A stretch of 64,000 nucleotides of DNA from the human T2T-CHM13v2.0 reference genome, Homo sapiens: assembly GCF_009914755.1 (NCBI RefSeq), contig NC_060947.1; one strand, 5' to 3'. The notes below the pieces were generated by a model. That model saw only the letters and a program-made list of their open reading frames with translations, did not search any database and was not told the DNA's origin. Within the stretch, counting starts at the first letter, position 1; every line of letters starts with the position of its first letter. Below, piece after piece: positions 18,901 to 40,368 of the stretch. Made by a program: the position numbers and the translations under genes.

Positions 18901-20671
18901 GTGGTTCTCTAAAGTAATTGGCAATGAGTTATGTTCCCATGTTTCCTAAAAGAAATCAGCTGACTTTGAGCTGGGAGACTTACAGCTGTAAACACTTCTT
19001 CCTTTAGTCCATTTAGAGGAAAAGAAAATTTGAAGGGTGAGAATGAGTCGTCCCCTATACCAGAGGAGAAGGTGAGGATCAGGAAGAAACAGCAGTTACT
19101 GGCTATAGTAAGATCTGAGGTAAGGGCCTTTCTGGGAGGTTTGAAAAAGTCTACTGATCTTTTAAGAACTGCATCCTACTCCCTTCAGTGAATGGCTGCA
19201 CATAGAAATGGGCCCAATGTGTACTGTGTTAGATTTCAGTTCTTCAGAAGATAGTCCGGTTGTGTGTTAAGGATGTGTTTAAAAACCCGCCTCTACAGGA
19301 ATGACCCTCAAGAGAATGAGTTTTGTTTTTAGTTGCCAATCAAGCTGGGCTCTGAAGAGGAGAAAAACGCCCAAAAGGGGAAATCAGTGGCAATGCAAAA
19401 GTTCCCGAAGAGGAAGAAATGTTCAAGCACCTTTCTTCCCTCACCATTGTAGTGAGCTTGCTGAGTCATACTTTCATTAAGCAGTGCAGCATTTTTTTTT
19501 TTTTTTTGTAAACCACTGCAGCAGACATTTGAGATCAAGAAATAGGTTTTGACAAAAGTTTAGGTCCAGATAATGATTGGAAATAGCCCCTACCTTTTAC
19601 ATGTACTCTCTGTCTAGCACAGTTTAATATTTAATCACTCAGATCACTAATCCATGGCTAGTTTTATTTTTTAAAAAGAAGATATGTTCTTACCCAAGGA
19701 TTACTGAGACATTTTGTTCTAAGCTGGCTCTGTTGTTGCAATTAGCTAGCAGACTTAGTTCCCAAGCTGGGCTGCCAATATCAATGGCAACACAGGTGCA
19801 GACTCACAAAATCAGTCAACTGGAAGCCCTATCTTTCATTTCAAACTAGGGCTAAGCCTCACTACTTAGAACTAAATGGAGGAAGGTGAGGCTAGGTTGA
19901 AGGAGGAGGTTGAAAACTGTTTTAGAACGCATATTTTTTTAAAGTATAATTTTCCATTTGCAAGTGCATACAGCAGTCAGAATTAGCCCAATGGGGTTTC
20001 CTGGCAGATGTTATAATTCTGTGTTGGCGGTGATGGACTCTAAAAAGAACTAGTGCAACAGAATTAAGACTAATGCAATGGCTTATCCTAGCCATGAGAT
20101 GGCAGCAGAGGGTGGTAGGAGCTCACTGCCTACTACAGAGGAGAGTTCTGGAAGTAAAGGGGAGTCTGTGTTGGAAAGCTTCTTACCAGGAAGGAAGAAA
20201 GTGACATAGCATGTCAGAGCAATTGAACAGGAGAGGCTGGAAACTCACTAAAGCCAAGTAAGAAATCATAGAAAGTGTGGTTAGGTCAGCTGTGGGTTGC
20301 AGTCCTACTAGTTTAAATCAGGACACTAGAGGGGAAATACCTTGAAGAATAAATATATCAAAGCAGAAAGCATGCTAATGACCTATGAAAGACAGCAGAG
20401 GGGAAATCTAATGAAAGCTCAAGAGGCAAGGCATTGTGATGGGATAATTCTTTGAGAGGTTGTTGCTCTTTGGGAGCTGAGTCCCCATGAAGTACCAAGC
20501 CCAGTGCTGGGAGGATGCTATAGGTCCAGTGGTCCACAATCCCTTTTACAAAACTCTTGGGGACAGATTTGTTTTGGAATTCTAAATTTGTCAGATTTTA
20601 GAACAGTAATATGCTGTCTATGCCATATATTAGATAACACTCCCAGTGAGGTTTCAGGCAGCACCCATAAT

Positions 20672-20862
20672 TAGAGTTCCAAAATTTAGCAAATAAAAAT
20701 ACAGGATGCCCAATTAAATTTGAATTTCAGCTAAACAGCAAAAATGTTTTAGTATAACTAAATGCCCCTTATAATTTTGGGACATGCTTATACAAAAACA
20801 TTATTCATTATTTATCTGAAATTTAAATTTAACTATGTCCTATGTTTTATCTGGCAACCCTA
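20672..20862. mobile_element. MER53 palindromic MITE, nested in an older DNA transposon fossil (about 20525-21035)
   Basis: Arms tagagttccaaaat..aaatacaggatgcccaattaaatttgaatttcag and ctgaaatttaaatttaactatgtcctatgttttatctggcaacccta are inverted copies. Confidence 0.85.
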
Positions 20863-21719
20863 CTATAATCAAACACAATAAATTTTCAGCAGTGAAACCT
20901 GGGCATGCTTAGATGCAATGGGATAAATAAACACCATAAATTGCCTCCCATCAGTGCATGTCAGGTTTTGCTGCCATATGAGAGGTTTGATAGGGAATTT
21001 ATTTTTAAAAACTTTGGTTTTCAGAACTTGGTGGGCTTGGTGATCATGATATCTCCCCTGCCAGGTGAGTATTGCTCACCTGCCAGGTGGGTTTTGGAAT
21101 TTTGGACCTGTAATTGTCCAATAAATGTTTTTAAAGTGAGAAATCCACAATGAGATATGTTCATACCTTCAGTGTGTCCAGTTTTTAAGGGTCAAGGTCC
21201 CTCATTTTTTTTCTTTCAAGACACAGGATGTGGTCAGGTACTGCAGATCCTGAAGGGTTGGGGTATGTGGAAGACAAAGTGAGGTATACTCAAGTAGTTT
21301 TTACATTTATAGGAAAGCTTGGCTGGAGGGTTTAATGACCTGCTGTGGGCTGCCCACTTCCTTTCAAATCTTCAGGATGAAATCAGAATGAAGGAGGTGG
21401 AGGAGACTTAATCCCTAGCTATACCAAAGAACACATTTTGAAAATGTATACTGTACATTGAACTCTGACTCTGGCTTGGTCTCTCATTTGTGGAGTGGGA
21501 CTTGGGGCAAGCTTTTGTGTTTGGTCTTTATCTATGTAATGGTGGTGTTGCCTATGCCTGTCTTCCTCACAGGACTGTTGTGAAGATCAAATGCATCAGG
21601 GATGGGAAAGTGCTTTGAAACATTCTCAACACCAAATAGATGGAAGCAGGCATTTTCATGCATTTTTTTTTTTATCATAACAGGATAATGTGGGCTGCAT
21701 GCTCAAAGATGTTTCTAAT

Positions 21720-21960
21720 AAGGTAGTGTGGTAGGGTTAGGAGATTGGTCTCTGCAGTCAGACAGACTGACCTGGGGTTCACATTCCAGCCCCACCACTC
21801 CCTGGCTGGATTACCTTGGGCAAGTTACTTAACCTCTCCAGCCCTCAGTTTCCTCATCGGCAAAATGAGGATTACAATAGTAACTCATGGCATGAGGTCA
21901 TTATGAGGATTAAGAGAGTTAATTAAATGCCTGGCAACTAGGAAGCCAGTGTTATTATTT
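21720..21960 (+). mobile_element. MIR
   Basis: ccttgggcaagttacttaacctctc..cctcagtttcctcatc core. Confidence 0.8.
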
Positions 21961-22107
21961 TTCATGATGGATTACTATAGGAACTAAACAAGAAAGCACT
22001 CAATAAATGTTAGTTCTTTTCATCATTATGACTTACGAGATGTAGAATTGTCACTTCTGGATATGTAGTCTTGAAGTGACTGTATATGTGATTTGACACA
22101 CTCTATG

Positions 22108-22551
22108 TGCTATGGTTTGGGCATGGTTTGTTTGTCCCCACTAAAACTAATTTTGAATTTGATCCCCAGTGTGGTGGTATTGGGAGGTAGGGCCTAGTGA
22201 AAGGTGTTTGGGTCATGAGGGTGTAATCCCTTATGAATGGCTGTTCTTGCAGGAGTGAGTTCTCATTCCTGTAAGACTGTATTAGTTCTCGCAGGGATGG
22301 ATTTGTTTCCTTGAAAGTGAGTTGTGATAAGGCCAGGATGCCCCTCAGGCTTTCCTTTCCTCACACCTGTCTGCTTTGACTTTGACCTTCTCTGCCATGT
22401 TGTGACACAGCACAAATGCCCTCTCCAGAAACCAGGGCCATGCCCTTGAACTTCTCAGCCTGCAGAACTGTGAGCTAAATAAACCTCTATTCTTTATAAA
22501 TAACCCAGTCTCAGCTATTTTTTATTAGCAACACAGAATGAACTAGAATAC
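22108..22551 (+). mobile_element. MST-family MaLR LTR
   Basis: tgctatggtttgg...gaacttctcagcctgcagaactgtgagctaaataaacc..taacccagtctcag..gaactagaata. Confidence 0.8.
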
Positions 22552-23029
22552 CTAGTTCATGCCTAGACAGAGTTTGCATGCATCAGCACTGTTTCCATTA
22601 TTTGTTCCTCTGAATGTTTTGAGGGTATGTTCTGTCATGCCAATTACTGGCTTAGAATTCTGGAAAGGAGACTGATAGTGGTGGTAGTAGGCGGTAGGGA
22701 TGGTGAGGTAGGGGAGGAATAACGTGTTGGAGAAATACATCCAATTGCAGTCAGTATGGTCCTCATTGTATAGTCAGATCCTACAAATAAGTCTAACAAA
22801 TTCCAGAGTGAACAAACTGAATTGTTATACAAGACACATTTTAGAGGGTTGGAGACAACTTGGTAGATAAAAGAGAGAATTTTTCATTGAGAAAGATTGG
22901 CAAGTCAGGATTGCAGGAGGTATGGCTTTTTCAGGGCTGACTGACAAGTTGAGGTATCTTAGGGTATTTTTCAAAGCTGAGATGGAAGATTGCCTAAGCA
23001 TGGTTTTGATTCAAAGCAAAAAGCTTACA

Positions 23030-24217
<1,188 letters not shown>

Positions 24218-25071
24218 CTAAAGACATGAATGCATCTTGGCTCCTGTGTGCTTAATGTAACCAGGAACAGTGTGTCCTGTTCTTCCCTGCCCCTGCAACC
24301 ATCCACCACACTCCTACACCTTTCTTGCCCTCACCACACATTCTGTCTTTCTCTGGTAGAGAAAGGAAGGATCCTCAATGCTCGGATGGCTTTTAAGAAG
24401 TCATTTTCCATCTGTTTCCAGGTAAGACCACCCCAAATGTAGCCAGCTCAATTAAGCCAGCAACATTCACTGAGCACCTACTCTGTGCCAGGCCCCATGC
24501 CAAGTACTTGGGACACAGGCATGACTTCAGTGGTGAGAATCTCATTCCTGAAGGGAACACCTAACAGATAATAACAAAATCAGATTCCTGTTCTACCATG
24601 ATAGGGTTCCCAGTGCCTGACAAAAGCTATAATGAAGTCAAGAGACTTTCTTGCTAATGACTGCAACAGGAAACTAAACTCACAAGAGAACACAGTTCAT
24701 GTAGCTGAAGGGAGAATCAAATTAGCTGGAATCCCGAGAGAGTAATTATTTCTGTGGAGTATCAAGACCGTAGGGGCCCTGGTAGCTTGATTTTAAAGAG
24801 AGTTGTAATTATTCTAATCCATGTCCTTTCTCCTTCCTTCTAGGGACCAGCATGTGGTGGGCTTTTAATAAAATGACTGTCTGAGAAGTTGACTATGTGC
24901 CAGACATGCCTTTAATCCTTAATCCTCATGATGACTCTATGAGGGTGGTATTGTTGCTGTTCTACCGCTGAAGAAACTGAGACACAGAGAGACTAAATGT
25001 TTTGTCTAGTAAGTGGTGAGAGCCAGGTTTTGAACCCAGGTCTATCTGAGTACACCACTAGTGCTCTAACT

Positions 25072-25282
25072 TGAGGTGATCAAACTATAGCCTCTGGGCT
25101 AAATCTAGCCCATTGCCTGCTTTTGTAAATGAAGTTTTATAGGAATACAGCCACATTCATTTGTTTATGTATTACCTGTGGTTGCTTTTATGCAGAGTTG
25201 AGTAATTACAACAGAGACCATAAGGTCAACAGTGTCTAAAATATTTGCTATGGGCCCTCTATAGAAAGAGTTCTGGGCCCTG
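25072..25282. mobile_element. MER58A-like
   Basis: caaactatagcc..ttttgtaaatgaagttttataggaatacagccac. Confidence 0.7.
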
Positions 25283-25319
25283 CTGTAACCATAATACTAC
25301 ATAGTCTCTGGTATGTAGG

Positions 25320-25550
25320 CATTGGAGTAAGACAGACATGAGGTCCGACTCTGGCTTTGCCATTTATTAATAGTATGCCTTTGGACAAGTTCTTTTACTT
25401 CTCTGTGCCTCTGTATCCTCCTCTGTAAAATGAGAATAATAATACTGCTGATAGGGTAGCTATGAGGATTAAATGAGCTACTATTCATGAAAGGTTCTTA
25501 GCACAGTTCTGGTTGCCTGGCACATAGTAAACTCTTAAAAATGGTAGTTA
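25320..25550 (+). mobile_element. MIR
   Basis: ttggacaagttc..tctctgtgcctc..ctgtaaaatgagaataataata core. Confidence 0.7.
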
Positions 25551-26399
25551 AATTACTTGGAGTAGTAATGAGAACAGATAGAATGTGGCTGTGTGCCTGG
25601 CACATAGTGAATGTTCACTTAAATACCAAATACCTGTATTTGTCTGTTTCTTATTCTTGATGACATTTCTAGTGCCTTGAGTTGTTGAAGAAAAGACTGA
25701 AGTTTAGGGCCAGAGGTAGAAGTATGAGGATTAGCAGGACAGGGCAGTGAACAGGGTGGTTTTGGCCTGGAGGGGGACTGACAGCAGGGGATTCACTCTA
25801 GTATAAGCCATTAAAAGCTTTAAGCCAGAACCATATATGACCACAATGAAGTGTGTATGTGTAGGGCCCAGGAAGAAAGTCCCCAGTTCTGTGATGTTTT
25901 TCTTTTTTCTTTCTTTTTTTTTTTTTTTTTTTTTGGTGTCTTCAAAATCCTTCCCTTGTGTTGCACTTCAATGGACTCTGATTCCATTCTTTGATTAATG
26001 TGATGTTTTCTTAAAGATTGCAGTTTATGCTGACCTCCCCATTCTCCTAGTTCCTGCAGCAACTGTAGAAAAAAATAATGACTGTCAGATATACTTCTTT
26101 GTTCTTAGTTGGGCTTGGTTGATGCCTCTGATTAGATCCTCAACTCCTTTAGGGTAGCAACCATGGCTGTTCACATCTCCCAGGTTGAGGGAGAGGGAGG
26201 GTGTTAGTGCTATTAAACAAAGAAGGGATGTGTTTTTGTTTGTGGTGTGTGTGTGTGTGCATGTGTGTTTCTGACTGGGAAGTACCTAAAATGAAAGGAT
26301 AATGAATTTCAGAGGCAAGGTCTTTGGGAGATAAATGAAACACAACAATGTTTCAATGTCCTATTAAGCTAGGGAGAAAAAAAAAAAAACTAGAAAAGA

Positions 26400-26679
26400 C
26401 AAATGTGGCAAACAAAAACTGCAGGACCATAGTTGGAAGAGGTTTCTGAAGAGGTGGGAGCTATCTCTTAATTATGTAGACGGAAGAGGAGGTTACCTAC
26501 CATGTGATGAAAATTCCTACCATTAGAGAGGTAAGCCTTTGGATTACAGCTCTGATGTTTCTGGTAGCCATCTTTTTCTAATATCTCTGTGAAGGTCAAC
26601 CCCTGACTCCTAAGGTGAGTTGCTTCATAAACAATTTACCACTTGCAAGTCTATGAGAGAAGACAGAGGATAGGTAAGT
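26400..26679 (+). other. Candidate non-coding 5' exon of the antisense transcript
   Basis: Non-repeat-looking sequence with two strong + strand donors (GAG|gtaagc at 26531, TAG|gtaagt at 26674). No transcript evidence available here. Confidence 0.3.
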
Positions 26680-27379
26680 TTTCCTGAGAGAGGAAAGGAT
26701 GAGCTCTCTCTCCTCTAGGGAAAGCACTTGCCTTCTTCTCCTGGCAGTTTTTCATTTTTCATAATCTATATTGGGCACGCCGTACCCCTTATTCAAGTGG
26801 GATACATATTTCCTGTCACTGATATAAACATCGTTTATGTAAATTCTCTTTTTCCTTGCCAGTCTGAGATGGAAAGCCTATGGCTCTTGCAGCAGAGGTA
26901 ATTAGGGAGTAGGGCCACAGATCAGTTAAGACCTAATGCCCTGAGGGAACCAGTGAATTCTCTCTCAAGTTTAGTTTCTGTTTAATATGACTTCCAGATG
27001 ATTCTGTTTCATATGAATATCAAGGCTTTAATGAGTCTCTACCACCCAGAATTCCCTGGCAATATTTACTTTCCTTAACTGTGGTTATCATATACTTCTC
27101 TGAAGAAATGAAAAGATGCAAAACTGGAACCGACAAACTCAGTTCCTGGCTTCTCAAGGGTATGGTGGTGGTTTTTGTTTTGTTTTGATTTTCCCTTTCA
27201 CTTAGAGCTCATATTAATACTCCGTGTATTTTAGTCATTCATAACAACATTTCTTAGGTGTCATATTGTGTAGTCATCATGCTCAAATGCCTGGGAGCCT
27301 GAGTTTAATGCTGTTCTCGGAGTTCATTCTGTAAAACTTCAATATTGATTAGAAAAATACTATCTATGGATGATCACAT

Positions 27380-28460
27380 TTGTGTTTCAGAATGATCAAT
27401 CTTTGCAGTTTGGAAGATGAATTGGCAAAAGGGATGGGAGTAGGGTGATAGCATGGCTGGAGGCAGGTGGACTGATTGAGTCTACTGTAATTGTATAGGT
27501 TAGAGGTAATAAAGACCTGAATTAGAGCAGTGGAAGTTGAAAGGAAGTGACGTTAAAGAAGATATTTTGGAGATAAAATTGACAATATCTAGCAATCAGT
27601 TGCATGAGTAGGTGGAAGGCAAAGAGGAGTTGAAGTTTATGCAGAAGGAGGATATCTCTGCTACAAAATGATGGAGAGGAATTAGGAGCTCATGAGGAAG
27701 AATGGGTTTGGAACAGACACTGTTGAGTTCATTTTAGTTGTGGTGACTTAGTGTTCTGGTTTGCTTGGGGTTGAGGGAATTCCGAGGACACGGAACTTTC
27801 AGTGCTAAAACTAGGTCCTGGGTAAACCTCAAGTTTAGGATATGTTGGATTTGAGGTATGTATGGATGGTGTTCAGCAGGTGATCAGGCAGGTAGTGTGG
27901 TGTGTAGGAAGGACATCAGAGTCAGAGTCAGAGGCACAGCTTGGGGAGTTGCCTATATAGAGATGATGGGTAAAACCATAGGAGTTGGTATAATAATTAA
28001 GGAAAAATGCATAGCATGAGATTGTAACTACTGCAAATCCTTTGTGGAATGAGAAGGGACATAAATGAATGAATAAAATAATTAAGAGGAAACGGTGAGA
28101 GAGAAAAAGGCAGCAGGCTGGAGGTGGTGGCACACCTACCTATGTAGGTTGGCTGTAAAAAGAAACCTGAGGCTGAGCCACGAGAGGTCAAAAGTGGACC
28201 AGAACACAATGATGATGTCATAGAAGTCAATAAAGAGCGAAATTTTTAAAAGATGAGGGTTGATGTAGATTAATATTTGAGGATAGATGATAGGTTCTGG
28301 TGATTAAGAAAAATAATTTTCTATGGAGTCCTGAAATCAGAATACAAGATACTGATAGAGAGTGGGAAGTAAAGAAGTATGGGCAGCAAGCTTAGATTCA
28401 TCTTTCTGCCAGCAGTGAGGAGAAGGGAAAGAGTAGTAGCCTCCTTCAAACATCAGCTCA
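27380..28460 (-). mobile_element. L2 fragments, with a MER81-like insertion near 27740-27830
   Basis: Purine-rich antisense-L2 style sequence. Confidence 0.5.
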
Positions 28461-28844
28461 AGATCCAACTCTTCTTGGAAGTTTTCCTGAACTTCATATG
28501 CCTGCTGTTCTCCCCCTTCTATAATGTAAGCATATATCAAAATATCACATTGTATCCCATAAATAAATACAATTATGTCAATTAAAAATAAAATAAAATT
28601 TAAAAATGCTCCTATAATACCCAGAGGCTAGACCACACTGTAGAAAAAGAAAAAGAAAAAAAAAACTAAGTGATAAGTGATATACTGCATTATTTCCTGA
28701 TTGCTTCAGTGTGATTGGCTGATCTCCCTGTTAGACTCTAAGCTTCCTTAGGGCAGAGACTATGGATTATTTAGTAAACCACAGTGCCCACAAGAAAGAC
28801 CTTCAGAAATATTTGCTGGTTGTTAGGATGGAAAGATTCTTCAG

Positions 28845-29090
28845 GTCAGATTTTCTTAACTTGAACACTATTGGCTTTGGGAGCTGTATAATTCTTTATT
28901 CTTGGAGACTGTTCTGTGTACTGTAGGGTGTTTAGTATTTCCCCAGCCTCTACCCACTAATTGACAATGGCACCTCCCCTCAATCGTGACAACCAAAAGC
29001 CTCTCCAGACATTGCCAAATGCTCCTGATGGGCAGATGGGTGGGTGGAGGGGTGGTGGAGAGGGAAATCAGTCATGAGAACAACTGCTTT
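28845..29090. mobile_element. MER20 DNA transposon
   Basis: gtgacaaccaaaagcctctccagacattgccaaatg..gagaacaactgc. Confidence 0.75.
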
Positions 29091-31328
29091 AGGTGATCTG
29101 GGCCTAGTCTGTTTATCCCTTTGTCCTTCAGCAGGGGCAATCCAAATTCTTCCTTGAGTGAGAAACACTATTACCCAGTTCACAGCCTACAGAAAGACAT
29201 GTGTAACCTTCTTGGTTATTTGTTTTCAATTTTGAGACCCTTAAAGGCATTCTTTTCTTTGCTTCTCCCTGGAGTGAGTGAATGGCTCCATACTTGCACT
29301 TAAACAGCAAGTACTGAAACAATGCCAACATACTTCCCTTATGATCCGGAATATCAAAGTTAAGCTAGAAAGAGGTCTAGTTACAGCAGCGGTGTGTAAT
29401 GTTTCTGCAACAATAAGGGAAGTATTTATGAATTTGTTCATACAGTGCAACTAATAGTTAATAATACTTATTCTTTTCAAAGCATCTTTCAAATATGAGA
29501 TTGTAACTCTGCTGGTAGCCTCCTCAGAGACTGGCCAGAGAATGGAGACATCAGAAAAAGAGAGGGTTGTAAAAAAAAGGTAGAGAAGGTTTCAGTGCTC
29601 ATTCAGAGCAGAGAACTCAGGAGACGTTGACTCTCGTTCTTCAGGTTGAACTTGAAATGTCTTCCTGAGACTTTATGTATCATCCCAATGGGGCCTGTGG
29701 TCCCAGGAAGATGTTTATTTGTTATGGTCACAGGGAATGAATGGATGTGGGTTAAGCTGAACTAGGAGTGAGAATAAGTAAAATCCCTGATCTCTCACCT
29801 TTTCCAGGCTTTGGTCCTTGCTATTGCCCTTGAATCTTCTTACTGCCCTATGGTGAAGTCCAATAAACCAGTCAGCACATCTTTATCAAGTACCTGCTAA
29901 ATACTCTTAAGACACTAAAGAGTGATGCATCCAAATAAAAAGAATCGAGGTTGTGCAAGGCATAGCTCATTCTTCCTGTTTCTTAACAGAGCATGGCAAT
30001 TTATTGCAGTAAGCATTTTCCATCTTTTCTCAGGTGTTGTCCCCATGACAGCCCGAGATAGGCATGATTAGTATCTATCCTCTTTTTACAGAGAAAGAAA
30101 TATGAGGCTCATTCAGGTTAAATCATGCCAGGGGCATATAGCTACAAGGTGACAAGAGCTGAGATTCAAGCCCCCATCTGTTCAACTCTAAAGCCTGTGG
30201 CTCTTATCCATTGTGCTAGTGTGATTTAGGATTTACTTATCTAGTCAAGTTCCTCTTCATTTTTTTTTTCTCAAATGGGTAAGTGATTCCACTTTATAGA
30301 AGGAAGAACCGAAGACCAAAAAATATAAATGACTTTCTCAGAATGACGTGGTAGTGGTGGTGGTGATGTTAGGAAAAATCTCTGTTTTCATATTTTTAAA
30401 ATGAAGATTATATTCATTTGTTGCTGCTTTTTTTTTTTTAACCACATGGCTATTTTCCTACAGCTATTCTGTCGTTGTAGGCTTTGCCTATCACATCTGT
30501 CCTTGCCCTGTAGCATACAGATTGTTTTAATCTAGGCTTCAACTCATGGCTGTGCAGATCCTCTCCTGATTTTGTTTGTAGAATGAGAACTCCATTAGGT
30601 TAAGGGTTGTGTCTATATGTGCTTGCCATCATATTCCCAGTCTCAGGATAATATCTGGCACACAGTAGGTGATTAATAAATATTTGTGGGATGAATGAAT
30701 GAATGTGTTAACTTTCTAGTTCTGGTGCCCAGATCAGTTCTTTTGACATACTGCTATACATAGCTTAATGTAAAGACTGGTTACATCCCACAGCCACAGG
30801 CCCTGTCTGGGCACTGTCCTGTGAACAGAGCTGCTTACCTGCTTTGCTCTGAATAGTACCTACAAACTTCAGTTAGTCCATGCAGGACTGATACCTAAGT
30901 CACTGTGTACTTGAAAAGGTTAATAGGACTGTACAGGCCTATGTAAGTTTAACTTATAACTTGGTACAGATGACAAAAATGATTAGTTGGGCCAAAGTGA
31001 ACTCCTAATGTGCAATGAATCAAATGCATTTTACTAGGAGGTGTATGTATATACAAATACATGCTCCCAAACTAAATAATATAGCCAAGGTTGGAACCAA
31101 TTACCAGTCTTTCATCACTAGGAATCCATGAAGCTAATAGACAAGAATGACTACCTATGCTCTGGTCTGGATTTATCATCCTGTTGTTGGGTCATTAACC
31201 AAGTATTTCAGTATCTTATAGCAGGCCAAGCCAGCATATATCAGACTGGCTACTTCCTCACAATGGAACTGATAACTAACTGTGGAGAGTTCATAGGTTC
31301 TACAAATGCTCAAAGTTCAGCTTGGTGA

Positions 31329-32694
<1,366 letters not shown>

Positions 32695-32839
32695 GGTCTT
32701 GTCTCTGACTTCTTTATGACCCAGAGTACGGCCTGAAACTGCAGGATAACTGAGGTAATGGCAGATACAAACTGGAGGAGCTGAGGGCTAGAGGTAGTAT
32801 ATTATTGAGGTGATCCTTACGAAAGAGTAGCTGCAATTT

Positions 32840-35761
<2,922 letters not shown>

Positions 35762-35873
35762 TAGAGTGCCCAACTCATCCTAGTTTTCCTAAGATTTTCT
35801 ATATTTAGCATTGAAAACTCTGGGTCTTGGAAAACCCCTTATTCCTGGAAAATCAGATTGGTTGGCCACTCTA
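35762..35873. mobile_element. MER81-like hAT MITE
   Basis: Terminal inverted repeats tagagtgcccaac / gttggccactcta, about 112 bp. Confidence 0.7.
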
Positions 35874-36338
35874 ATCAAAGGGTTTTTTTTTTTTTAAAAA
35901 AAAAGAAAACTTTTCTTTGTCTTGGAGTTCATGGCTTATAAAACACATTCATAACATTATCTTGTTTGATTATTATGGCATCCACTTGAGATAGGTGTCA
36001 ACATCATCCTCAAAATATAAATGAATAAACTCAGGTTTAGAGAGAATAAGTACCTTCTGCAATGCCATACAATTAGTATCAGAAGTGCAGTTTAAATCTA
36101 TGTTTAAACTCAAAAGCCACACTTTTTTACAAACTAAATCAATAGGGCATCTCCCCATAATTAAACATTGTCTACATCACAAAATTAATACTTGCTTATT
36201 GTCATCATCCTTATTTCTGATCAGGAAAGTGAGTCATATTGAGCTTAAGTGAACTAAGGCAAGAAAACTTTTAGACTTGAACCTAGGTTTCTCTGCCTCC
36301 AAAGCCAATATTCCCCTTAAAAATAATGTTTTTTTTCT

Positions 36339-36632
<294 letters not shown>

Positions 36633-38099
36633 ATGTTTTTTCTTCCATCCGGCCTACTTCCTCAGTGTCAGATACTTCAGTACATACCCATGTAGCCAAG
36701 GTTGTTGTATGTTTCTTCATGTTTCAGTGATGTTTGCATCCATGTATTATCTAAAATCTGTTAAGTGTTTGGTAGATTATGCTTGCATTGACACTTCTTT
36801 TTTTTCAGCCTGAGGTTTATTTATTGAATTGTTGCATGCTGTTTCATTATGGGATATTTGTTGAGCCTTGCAGCAGAGTTGACTTAGTAGGGTCAAGCCT
36901 CAACCACTCGATTTGGCGTGATCTTGGAAAAGACAGTTCTGACAAGGGCACTGAAGACAAACCTGGTCTATTCAGTAATACTTCAGAGGGTTTCTGGATA
37001 TACCCCTGGTATAATGACATTCTGGAGGCCAAAGAAAGAGATCAAGGCCTCCCTCTCTGGTACTGTGGATTCAATTGCCAGAAGGTACCGAGGACTTGGC
37101 TTGCCTTTTTCTGACTGTGCCATTTCTGTCGCCTCCTGTGAGCTTACCAGGGGTGACAGGCATCTCTATTAAAAAGCCTGTATGTAAATATAGCTGCATC
37201 TTCCACTATGTTATCCTGAGGACAAAATAGTTGCCACCCCTGCAGAATGCAGCAGCTTCTGGGTTAGATGCCAATGGTAGCAGTATGCCAAGCATGAAAG
37301 TATCTTGTTCTTCCCCTGCCAAGTAAATACCAGCTTCCTGTTTGGTGGTACATTTAAAGGGACAGTCTCCACTCTTTGCATGTGCCAGTGGCAATGGGGC
37401 AAAGCTTTCAACATGGGCAGTTAGTGGCTTAGATGGTGGCACAGTGAAAGAGGCCACTGGGATATATGTTATGTTGCAGATGCCTTTTTGGACTCTCACA
37501 TCTCCCTTTATGCTATTACATTGCTTTGGAGAACTGTTTGGTTTAGTGGGTAATGCCAGAGGAAGGCAGAGCTAGTTAGGAAGAAACAAATAATTTATTC
37601 CACTAAGTAGATGGGATATTCAAATGTTGCTTTCTTTCTTTCTTGGAGAGAGTGCCATTTGGGAATCATTTTCTCTCATATTCACAAGGTGATTCCCCAC
37701 ATAAGCTCAGGTCTTTGATTGACTTCGCATTTGCTGGTGAAACACATTAAGCTTCAAGGCACTGGGTTAGTGGCACAAGCAGGGCATGTCCCCTTCCTAA
37801 CAAAGAATCTGGAAGGTCTTTCCTCAAGGACTACAGGCTTTGCAGTATAATATTGGAGGCTACAGAAAAAGGGTACAAAACTAGGTTTCTGGTTTTACCA
37901 CATTCCAGCTATGTAGAATAGCTCTTGGGTAGATCATTTTACTACTCTGGATTTTAATTTTCCTAAATGTGAAATGGAGATAAATTCTGTGTTACCCTAC
38001 CCACCTCATATAGTAATTAAGATGATTAAATGGGATACCATGTGAAAGCACTAGAAACATAAAACGCTATAAAAATGTAAGGAATTATTAGTCCTTACA

Positions 38100-39650
<1,551 letters not shown>

Positions 39651-40368
39651 ATAATTAAAAGTGTGTTTCAGGACATATGTATTTAACCTTGGTAATATCA
39701 GTCATAAGAGATGAGAGAGAAATTTTGTTCCCATTGAGTGAGCCTGCCTTCAGATTCCCCTGGCTCTAGCTAATATTAAAAAAGAAATCTTGTAAGAAAT
39801 CCTATAAGGAAAACTCCATTTATCTTTTCACTTGAACAGCATGCTGGTTTAGTATTGGGAGGGCTCATGCCAGAGGACTGTGTTGTAACCCTGATGTGCT
39901 TTTCTGAGTGTCAAGCATATAAAGCAATGGGATTCACTCTTTACCCATGTTTAAAATGCTAACCCTTGGCTCCCTTAGAAACTTTGGGAGGTAGAGGTAT
40001 GAAATCCTCAAGGGGAAAGGAAGTTCATGGCCAAGGGTAAAGCATTTTTTTTAGGATATTAGGAAATTTTTTTCTGCCTCATTTTCTTCAATTTATTCTG
40101 AGTGTATCTATCTCAGAGGTAAAAATAGAGAAGTTAGAAAGCAGCAAACCACATACTCTTGTCTTATTTTTTATTTTCATGGATCAGCATATGATCTTAA
40201 GGTGATTTTAATGTTCAGCTAGGCTTTTTGTATCTTTTCTTTTTAGTAGGGCTTTCTACTGTAGGAACACTCTGGGAACGATAGTATGTAGGGATGACAA
40301 TAATGAAATGGTTGTCCTCAAGGGGACTTTTGGCCTTTGATCCACTTGGTAAGCAAACTATCATGGCT

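Noticed and set aside
21062-21082. 8-bp hairpin CAGGTGAG-N5-CTCACCTG
   Set aside because: Short enough to arise by chance in 64 kb; no supporting context.
36779-37114. 111-aa + strand ORF, same length as TRPC5OS
   Set aside because: No recognisable homology or retroviral motif; the equal length is probably coincidence. It could at most overlap a non-coding exon (acceptor near 36808).
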